From Gemmatimonadales bacterium (GTDB taxonomy: Bacteria; Gemmatimonadota; Gemmatimonadetes; Gemmatimonadales; GWC2-71-9): 64,000 nt of DNA. The position numbers were made by a program, and so were the translations under genes. Positions within the stretch are counted from its first letter, which is position 1; every line of letters begins with the position of its first letter. The DNA lies in assembly GCA_041741375.1 (NCBI GenBank), contig JBGSKF010000143.1, forward strand, positions 18,633-82,632, read 5' to 3'. Positions 27,580 to 35,136 of this stretch are shown here, piece after piece. Below the pieces are notes generated by a model that saw only the letters and a program-made list of their open reading frames with translations, was not told where the DNA came from and searched no databases.

Positions 27580-28007
27580 GGCAGGTCCTGGGAAACGGTG
27601 GGAGAGGGGGAGGTGGACGAGAGATCATATCGTGGGAACTCAACGGAGGGAAGTGAAGAACCCGGTTGCCGACCCTGGCTATGAGTCATCCCGAGCCGGC
27701 GGCGAGGGATTCGTGAACGTCGTTAGGGTGCTTCCCGTCATCCGGACCGTGAAGAGCGTTGCGGCAGGAGGGCCGAAGCACGGGGTCGAACAACTCACTG
27801 AATACACGGAGACGGTACCGGAGGGAAGGGGTGTGGGGTGCCGAGCCGAGCCTTCAAACCGGGAGAAACTGAAGGCTCACGCGAAGCCGCGAAGGGCACG
27901 AAGGAAAGGCGGAGTGGGCACCCGGCCGTGTGACCGGCCGCAGGGCCAAACCCGGGGCGAGAGCCCCGGGGAAAAGACTATCTCATGCCGGGATTGGCGT
28001 CACTTCG

Positions 28008-28706
28008 CTATCTTCGCCCAGCCCCCAGCCCCCAGCCCCCAGCCCCCAGCCCCCGCCGGACGGCCGCCTCCAATGGCCACTCCCACCCCGGCCGTTGGTT
28101 GTAGTCACGGAGCGATACTCCAAGTCCGCGAACCAGGTCGCGGAGGTGGGTGGCGGCGGTTAACGCTTCCTCGGCAAGAGCGTCGACGGTGGGACGGCAC
28201 CGTGGCAGGGTGGCCACCCGGTAAAGGCGGACCAGATCGCTGACCCGGCGGTGGAGCACCTTGGGCACGATCCGCTGGAGGTTGCGGAGGCTGAGACCCT
28301 CCGGAATCGGATGGGGTGAGGTGGTGACAGCCTCGCAGACGATGTCCTCCAGGATCGGGTTTCCAAGACGGGCGGCGAGCCATGCCCCCATTCGCTCTGG
28401 CGACAAGCGAGGCCGTGCGTTGACGGCGGCCACGATCTCAGCCGGGGAGATGGAGGTCCCGGTAGGAACCAGTGCCAGCTGTCGCTCGCGGAAGTCGAGT
28501 GGAGGGGAAAGAGGTTCAGGCCCATTTGCCGGGATGGCGGAAACGACAGGGACCATGAGAGGGAGGCTGGCGATTCCGTCGTGCAGGTAGGTCGTTGCAA
28601 TGCTGGAAGAGGGTGAGAGGATCCCGATCGTGCCGAGTGGATGATCGGCGACCGGCGCACCGACAGCAATGGTGTCGTAGGGTGGTGGCACATGATACGG
28701 TCTCAT
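28008..28706 (-). CDS. hypothetical protein (C-terminus encoded by the repeat array)
   Basis: ORF 28008..28706. No recognised domain. Ends ...RRGLGAGGWGLGAGRR inside the CCCCAGC array. Confidence 0.3.
   Translation of the reverse strand: MRPYHVPPPYDTIAVGAPVADHPLGTIGILSPSSSIATTYLHDGIASLPLMVPVVSAIPANGPEPLSPPLDFRERQLALVPTGTSISPAEIVAAVNARPRLSPERMGAWLAARLGNPILEDIVCEAVTTSPHPIPEGLSLRNLQRIVPKVLHRRVSDLVRLYRVATLPRCRPTVDALAEEALTAATHLRDLVRGLGVSLRDYNQRPGWEWPLEAAVRRGLGAGGWGLGAGRR
28017..28055. repeat. CCCCAGC heptad tandem array
   Basis: cccagcccccagcccccagcccccagcccccagccccc. Confidence 0.85.
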
Positions 28707-29272
28707 CTTGGCATCCCTCCGCGCTTAACCAGTTAAACATCACCATCCTCCAGCCCCAATCTATGCCCTTCTGCAAAGATACTCACAAGAGCGTAGTCCG
28801 CAAGACGGCTCCGTGCCCTTGGGCTGCAGTGTTCTGGAAGTCAGCTTACTGCGATTGTCGGGAGGTCACGTTACAGACGGAGAAGTGTGCCCCTGAAAGC
28901 GTTGCCGTCGGCAAAGCATGACGACAACGACCGGGCAAATCGTTGTCGAAGAACCCGACCAGGGGTCATTCCGGGGGCGTTCCTGGAATCTCCAGGCGGA
29001 GGACCAGTATCCGCTCCTCGAGTGGAACCTTCGCCGAGAAGCGGTATGCATCGTCGTTGACCCGGATGTCGAGAGGGAGGCCAACCGGAACGGAACAGAG
29101 ATGGAAGCGGCCCTCCGCACCGACTGTGATCTCGGCAGTCCGCATGCTCGATTTCACTCCCACCCCTTCGCCGACGACGAAGGCGCTGGCCTGGTTCCAG
29201 GAGATTGTCATGGAGAGGGGTGTCGAGTCCCCCGGGTTGATCACCTGGCCCAGGATTCCGCCCACCCTTTCA

Positions 29273-30748
29273 TCACGGGCAATGCGGGCTCCGCACTGTT
29301 CCCGTGAGCCATGTCGTGGAGGAGGGTGTTGCCAGATCGAGGCGGGCTGTCCCGCCCGGTTGCACGGACACCTCGTGACGGGAAGGAATCCCGAACACCT
29401 GCAGGCGAGGATGCGACACACGGACACGCATCTGCCCGCTCGTGGCGATGCTCAGGGAAAACCCCCCGTTCGCGTCTGTGACGACCCCGTTGGCGCCCCC
29501 TTCCAGGGCCACCTCGACTCCACTGAGGCCGGTACCGGCGACGGAATCGTGAATGACCCCGGCAATCGTGCCGCTACTCACCAACGCAGGGCGCCGTCTC
29601 CCCTGAGCATTCACCAGCTCCGCACTTCCGGTCTGTTCAACCACTCCTTGCTGTAGAAAACGTCTTTGGAGATCAGGAGACACTCTGTCCAGGTCGACGT
29701 CCCCGAACCGCGTGACCCAGCGACGCCCCGATCCGGACATTCTCCTGACGTTGTCGCTCGGCGTTGGCCCCACCATCACCACCACCCTGGGAATCCGGAT
29801 CATCCAGTCGTTCACGATCCAGCCAAGGCCCTCGACCCTCTGAAAGCGCACAAAGCCGTCGGCGTGGAGACCATCCCAGGGTGGTGGCACGTTGACAAAC
29901 TTGAACTCCACTTCCTGGAGAAGATTCTCGACGGCGTCCAGCCAGAGAGTCCCCGTGATGTCAGGGACGGTGCGCCCAGGGGTGGGCATGAACTGCAACC
30001 CGACACGATGGATCCCACCGGTCCGGTCCTCGGTCAGCGCAAAGCAGTGAGTCTCGAGAAAGCCATCGTGGAGAAGGATTCTCGCGTCGGGTGCATAGAA
30101 CATGCGACTGTCCCCCTCCTCCCGGGAGAACCCCTCGCTCATCAGGGTGTCGACGGGAAGGGTATGGAAGGGAGCTCCCGTGCCTCGTCGCACATACGAG
30201 GTGTCCTCCCGCACCAGGCGGCCCCCGGCGTCCCGTTCCCGCTCGTACCCGGTCACCTGCAGAACCGGGCGGAACTGTTGTCGCGTCAGAACCGCGGACG
30301 TGAGGGCCTTCCGTGCCTCCTCCCAGACGGCACTGATGTCCCGGCGGGCCACTCCTCCGGTCGTGCACTTCGATTCCGCCTGGACGGTCACCTCGGGGAG
30401 CGTGAATCGAGTCATCGGCAGGGTGAGGCGGAGAGTCACGGTGCGGCCCGCGAAGAGTTCCACCGGGTCGGAGGTGCGCCCGACGAAGCCGATGCGGTCC
30501 CCGCGGACCAGGTATCGGCCCGGTTGCGGGGCGGAAAGCGTGACCTGACCGACCTGGTCGGTCAGTCCCTGGGCGACCCTGACCCCTGACACCAGGAGCA
30601 GGGAGACCAGGCTGCTGGCGGCCGGGTTGCCCGATCCCTCTTCGACCACGATGACGCGGATGGTCTGGGCCGTCACGGGGCTCAGTTCCAGTGTCAATGC
30701 AAAGAGCCCGACAAGTGCCGTGCGATATCTCCAGGTCTTCAGCATCAT
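29273..30748 (-). CDS. CarboxypepD_reg-like multi-domain secreted protein (probably continues to 28966 after a frameshift)
   Basis: ORF 29273..30841 from ATG 30748. Signal MMLKTWRYRTALVGLFALTLELSPVTAQ. Contains IRVIVVEEGSGNPAASSLVSL and GVIHDSVAGTGLSGVEVAL...TDANGGFSL. Confidence 0.6.
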   Translation of the reverse strand: MMLKTWRYRTALVGLFALTLELSPVTAQTIRVIVVEEGSGNPAASSLVSLLLVSGVRVAQGLTDQVGQVTLSAPQPGRYLVRGDRIGFVGRTSDPVELFAGRTVTLRLTLPMTRFTLPEVTVQAESKCTTGGVARRDISAVWEEARKALTSAVLTRQQFRPVLQVTGYERERDAGGRLVREDTSYVRRGTGAPFHTLPVDTLMSEGFSREEGDSRMFYAPDARILLHDGFLETHCFALTEDRTGGIHRVGLQFMPTPGRTVPDITGTLWLDAVENLLQEVEFKFVNVPPPWDGLHADGFVRFQRVEGLGWIVNDWMIRIPRVVVMVGPTPSDNVRRMSGSGRRWVTRFGDVDLDRVSPDLQRRFLQQGVVEQTGSAELVNAQGRRRPALVSSGTIAGVIHDSVAGTGLSGVEVALEGGANGVVTDANGGFSLSIATSGQMRVRVSHPRLQVFGIPSRHEVSVQPGGTARLDLATPSSTTWLTGTVRSPHCP

Positions 30749-31461
30749 GGTCACCCAGGCGGAACAGTGACCCCACCCGCACCGATCCAAGCGGGTGGAA
30801 CGCTCGTGGGCACTGCGGAAAGGCGCCACGAGGATGTCCATCTGATATCAGATACCATAATAGAGAGATTGTGGGAGTCGCGCCAGCACGAATCTGCGCC
30901 AGAAGCGCAGCCCTGGCTCAGCCCACCCCTGACCATCCCCCAGCTCGATGTGGGGGTAAAGCTGACGGGATTCGGTGGGAAGTGGCGTCGAATCGGCCGC
31001 TGGGTGAACCCGACAGCCCGGCGGTCCGCCGCGTACCTCGGTGTGTCCGTGATTCTCAGGCAGCGACACTCTCCTGGCGCGGATCCGTGCTGGCGGCACT
31101 TGGCTGGAAGCGTTAGCGTGATGGGCGGGCATAGCGAACGGACGGCGGAACTCAGTCGAGCACCTCGATAGGGATGGAACTGGACTCGGCGTCTGCTGCT
31201 TGCGAGAGAGAAGGATGTCAGCCCATCTCAGGGAGCAGCGCCGTTCTTGGCGCGAATCCGTGCTGGCGGCACTCAACCTGAAGCGTTAGCGTATTAGCCG
31301 TCGCCAAGCAGGGGAATCGCACCCTGGGGTCCGGCCTTGTGAGGTGGAGGGTTATCGTGACTCATATGGACAGCGCTGCACGAATTGCAACCAGCCAACG
31401 CCCACGGTTTTCTCAGGGCTGGCACGGGGTCAAGAGAGGTCCCTTGGCGCGTAGTCGTGTA

Positions 31462-31914
31462 TTGGATCATCGAACGTGGCCGTGGGTCCGACTGTTGCTG
31501 GTGATTGGCTCCACAATGGTCGGGTGCTCGTCGAACGACATCGAACGGTTGCCACTGTCGGACGGTGCGCGGTTGAGTGACCTTACTTCGGGCGACAACG
31601 TGGCGATCCTCGTAATCGACCCGGCTGAGTGTGGCTCCTGCTCTCCAATTGTAACAACATGGATCCAACGGCACAGAGTGGATCCAGCGCAGGTGAAGTT
31701 GGTGTTGAGTCGGGCTCCCACGAGTCGAGAGCGCATCGATCTGAAACTGCAGCACATATCGGAAGACGGGGTGTTGAAGGATGGACTCGCTCGTCGGCTG
31801 ATCCTTGGATCAGGTGGGAGACGGCATCGCCCGGTGGCCATTGTCATGGAGAATGGCACCGCGGTGACCAGGTCGGACTTGGCCAGTGCACCTTGGGAAT
31901 CTGGAGGGCAATGA
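31462..31914 (+). CDS. thioredoxin-fold-like lipoprotein with CxxC
   Basis: ORF 31339..31914. TTG at 31462 gives (M)DHRTWPWVRLLLVIGSTMVGC (lipobox). AILVIDPAECGSCSP resembles a redoxin active site. Confidence 0.4.
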   Translation: MDHRTWPWVRLLLVIGSTMVGCSSNDIERLPLSDGARLSDLTSGDNVAILVIDPAECGSCSPIVTTWIQRHRVDPAQVKLVLSRAPTSRERIDLKLQHISEDGVLKDGLARRLILGSGGRRHRPVAIVMENGTAVTRSDLASAPWESGGQ

Positions 31915-31984
31915 CCGCGATTCGTTAGGTGCCAGCAGGTTGTGTGCCACGGCGGCATGCAAGAACCCTAGCAAGGAGAGCAGG

Positions 31985-32174
31985 ATGCGTCGTATCGTGC
32001 TGTTGACGGGTCTTTTTGGCCATCGGGTTCCTTGGAACCCTGTCCACCCGCACCTCGGCGGCCAGCGGAGGGCAGTACTGGGCTGATCTCTTCGGTTTCC
32101 CTGACTGCGTCTACAGTTGCGGGAACAATTCGGGGCACGACAAGTGCACGTGCTCCGAACCTCTCAACCCGTGA
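31985..32174 (+). CDS. small secreted four-cysteine peptide, readable only across a 1-nt shift in a T5 run
   Basis: aaggagag Shine-Dalgarno 5 nt before ATG 31985 (MRRIVLLTGL...). Dropping one T of 32013-32017 joins it to ...LAIGFLGTLSTRTSAASGGQYWADLFGFPDCVYSCGNNSGHDKCTCSEPLNP, stop at 32172-32174. Confidence 0.35.
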
Positions 32175-32210
32175 CGGTGAGTGCGGGTTGAGGAGTCGAC
32201 CCGCTGGAGT

Positions 32211-32248
32211 GCTTGTCCGGGGGCTGTGCGCATAACCCCCGGACAAGC
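32211..32248 (+). terminator. 13-bp perfect stem hairpin downstream of the small peptide ORF
   Basis: gcttgtccggggg (32211-32223), 12-nt loop, cccccggacaagc (32236-32248). No T-tract. Confidence 0.45.
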
Positions 32249-32367
32249 ATCGTCGTTGGAGAGAGGTTCGGCGGCGAGGTCGCGCCCGGGGGTCGTGTAG
32301 AAGTCCCCAGTGAACATGTAGAAGTTAGTCATCACCCGCCATCCCATGGAGTGACAATTACCTACCT

Positions 32368-33485
32368 ATGAAACAACCACATATCCTTCTGCTCGTCCTG
32401 GCCCTCGTGTCGACTTCTTGTATCGCCCCCTCAGGGTCGGACTCCAACTCCGGATCCGAAGAAGGTGCACCCGCACTCTCTCTCGTTGACTCCACCATTC
32501 TGCTCCTTCCAGACTCGGTACCCTGGGCAGGTTCGTCCATGTGGCGCGGGATGGAAGGAGACGGACCTACCTGAGTGATGTGGCATCGGGCAGGGTGATC
32601 CGGTTCAGCCGCAATGGCAATCTGGAGGCCATCTGGGGAAGGCGAGGATCTGGCCCAGGGGAATACAGGAGCATAGGGATGGTACACCCCCTCCCTGGCG
32701 ATACCCTTGCCGCCGTTTTCGATGAGGCATCCGCTCGTATTGACGTGCTTAGTCTCGATGATGGGGCGCTCCGGCGGACTCTGAGCGTGCCATTCCGAAG
32801 CACAGGAAAACAATGGACTTGGAAGGGAGATCGTGCTGTCTTCAGTCTTCCAGGCAGTCCATCGCTGATCGGAGTGTGGCATGCCGGACAGGACTCAACG
32901 GAGGTGTTGGGGATGGTACCGCCGGAGGTCATGGCGGGCTTGCCAACCTACATGCAGTACGGGCACTTGGAGCTGATCCCGTGGAGCGACGGGTTCCTTG
33001 CCCAGGTGCCCACCATGCCGGGTCTTCACCAGCTCGATGCCGCTGGCCTTGTCGTGGGTCATGTGCCTCTCCCGGCCGTGAAAAGGCGCGGACAGCCAAC
33101 GGACCTCCTGTTGCGCCATCAGGAAAAGGAATCCGCGGGACAACCGTTTGCGTACATCGGATCTGCAGCTGCCACCCTGGGCCATCTTTCCAGCGGAGAG
33201 GTGGCCGTAGTCCAGGTGGATATTGATGTAGAGAACGGCCCGCAGCGACAGGAGTTCACGAACCTGCGCTATTACGTCTCTATCGTCTCGGCCGACCTGC
33301 AACGAACATGTGCCGATGCCCTCGTCCCCTTCACCAGTGACTCTCCATTCCCAATCCCCCACCTGACTGGGGATACCTTGGTTGCTTTGGCTAGGGTAGT
33401 AAGCCCGAACGACAGCGTGCATACCATCGTGTACCGGTACGCGATCAGCTCCAACGGGTGCCGGTGGATGCCGAATCAAAGGTAG
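32368..33485 (+). pseudogene. six-bladed beta-propeller family lipoprotein, frameshifted after the signal peptide
   Basis: Lipoprotein signal MKQPHILLLVLALVSTSC is in ORF 32368..32574. The propeller body (GSGPGEYRSIG...) is in ORF 32541..33485. The frames differ by one nt. Confidence 0.55.
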
Positions 33486-34102
33486 GTCTGGACGGGGACC
33501 CTCCTCAGCGAACTGTTCCCGCCTCCGTCGTGGCGAAGGTGTGATGATGGATGCATGGCGCCATCCTCCCGGTCCAAGGACTCACCACCATCAGCGCCCA
33601 AGGAAGATGCGTCTTGAGTGTACACCGGAGCGTCACTCCGGCGAAGGCCACGTAGCGCAAAGTGCGGTGATGCCGGAAGTGCTGTGCGCTGCGCCCGCAG
33701 ATGCCACTACGCTCGGTCGCCATCCGAATTGCTAGCGGGTGGCGGCCGGGTCGCGTACGAGGCGGATGACCTCCAGGCTCACTCGACCCAGAAGTACGCG
33801 TGCCTTTGGAACCGTGTTGTTGTGATCGCACTCCAGGTATGGCTGGATTGGGAATGGCAATCGACGGGAGGGCTGGGACGCGGAAAGGTGGATGCCACAA
33901 GGAACTGCTGGGCGTCGGTGTACTCCTCTCCGGAGAGCTGGACGCCGCTCATGCGTCGTGGATTGCCAAGGTCTCGTTAGGTCTTGTAGGGGCGGCGACG
34001 GTTCCGTAAGAAACGTTGTATCTTGCCCGGCGGGCAGTGCAATGCGGTCGGCTGTGGGCTGTGTGGCTACCGGACGAGCGCGATGTTCCAAGGAGAGACG
34101 AC

Positions 34103-34940
34103 ATGGGTTGGAAGCGGCACGGTCTTATTGGCCCGATGAACGGCTCTCGATGGGGGGCGGGGACGAGCCTGATGGCGCTGGTTCTGGGCGTCCCTCCGCT
34201 CCATGCCCAGGGAGGTCTGAGAGGCAAGGTGGTTGACTCCGAAGGCGTGCGCCTCCCGGGAGTGGAAGTGGTGCTGCCGGAGGTGGGGCGTCAGGCGATG
34301 ACCGACAGTTCGGGCCTGAACCGCGTCATGGATATTCGAAAAGGCCGGTTCGAGGTCCTGTTCCGGCGGGTGGGGTACCAGCCCCTCCGGTTGCTGGTGA
34401 GTTTCACCGGGGGTTCAGGCGATGCCGTAGTGAATGTCGAGATGTCGCCGGAGGCCGTGGTGTTGCCGGAGGTGGAGACCAAGGCCCGGGGGCCGGAGGA
34501 GGTGCCCGTGAAGCTTCGGGAATGGGCCCGGCGCCGGCAGTTCAACGTGGGCGGGAAGTTCTGGGACGATTCGCTGTTGCGAACCCAGGAGTACAGACAG
34601 CTCCCGGAAGTGCTCCATGCCGTTCCCGGTGTCAGGATCATCCGGGCGATGGGTGGCCGGTATCTGGCCATCGGGGGGGGGGCGGGGAGCGAACGGCGTG
34701 CGAGGGGGTATGGATCCGAGGATTCCACCCGCGTGCTACGTCGAAGTATATCTCGATGGGGCGCGGCTCTCGTCGGCAGGAGTTCCCGTTAATCTCGACA
34801 ATATCCCGGTCCAGCAGATCGCCGCCATGGAGTTGTATCGCTCTGCCTCCGAGATGCCCGTCGAATTCAACTCCCCGGGAGCATCCTGTGGCGTCCTTGC
34901 CATCTGGACCCGGGTGGAAAGTGAGAAGGATGAAGGTTGA
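34103..34940 (+). pseudogene. CarboxypepD_reg plus plug-like secreted protein, interrupted at a G10 tract
   Basis: aaggagag before ATG 34103. N-part is in ORF 34016..34792 (GLRGKVVDSEGVRLPGVEVVL). C-part is in ORF 34617..34940 (CYVEVYLDGARL...CGVLAIWTR). The switch is at the G10 run 34673-34682. Confidence 0.6.
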
Positions 34941-35034
34941 AGGGAGAGGGGGGATCGGGCCCTCGCGATGAGGGGATTGTGGCTATCGCCTTACCGTCCA
35001 CCGCCCATAGCCAAATCGCCGGTAACGGTGGTCC

Positions 35035-35135
35035 CCCCACTCCCCACTCCCTATAGCTCCCTATCGCATATTCCCTACCGCCTACTCCCTACCGCCTACT
35101 CCCTACCGCCTACTCCCTACCGCCTACCCCTACCC
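35035..35135. repeat. CCCTAC-type array including CTACTCCCTACCGC x4
   Basis: ...ttccctaccgcctactccctaccgcctactccctaccgcctactccctaccgcctacccctacccctca. Abuts the ADOP stop codon. Confidence 0.85.
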
Positions 35136-35136
35136 C

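Noticed and set aside
32111-32347. Minus-strand ORF (78 aa) convergent with the Cys-rich peptide.
   Set aside because: It runs through the terminator-like hairpin and antisense to the peptide ORF. It has no ribosome-binding site or motif support.
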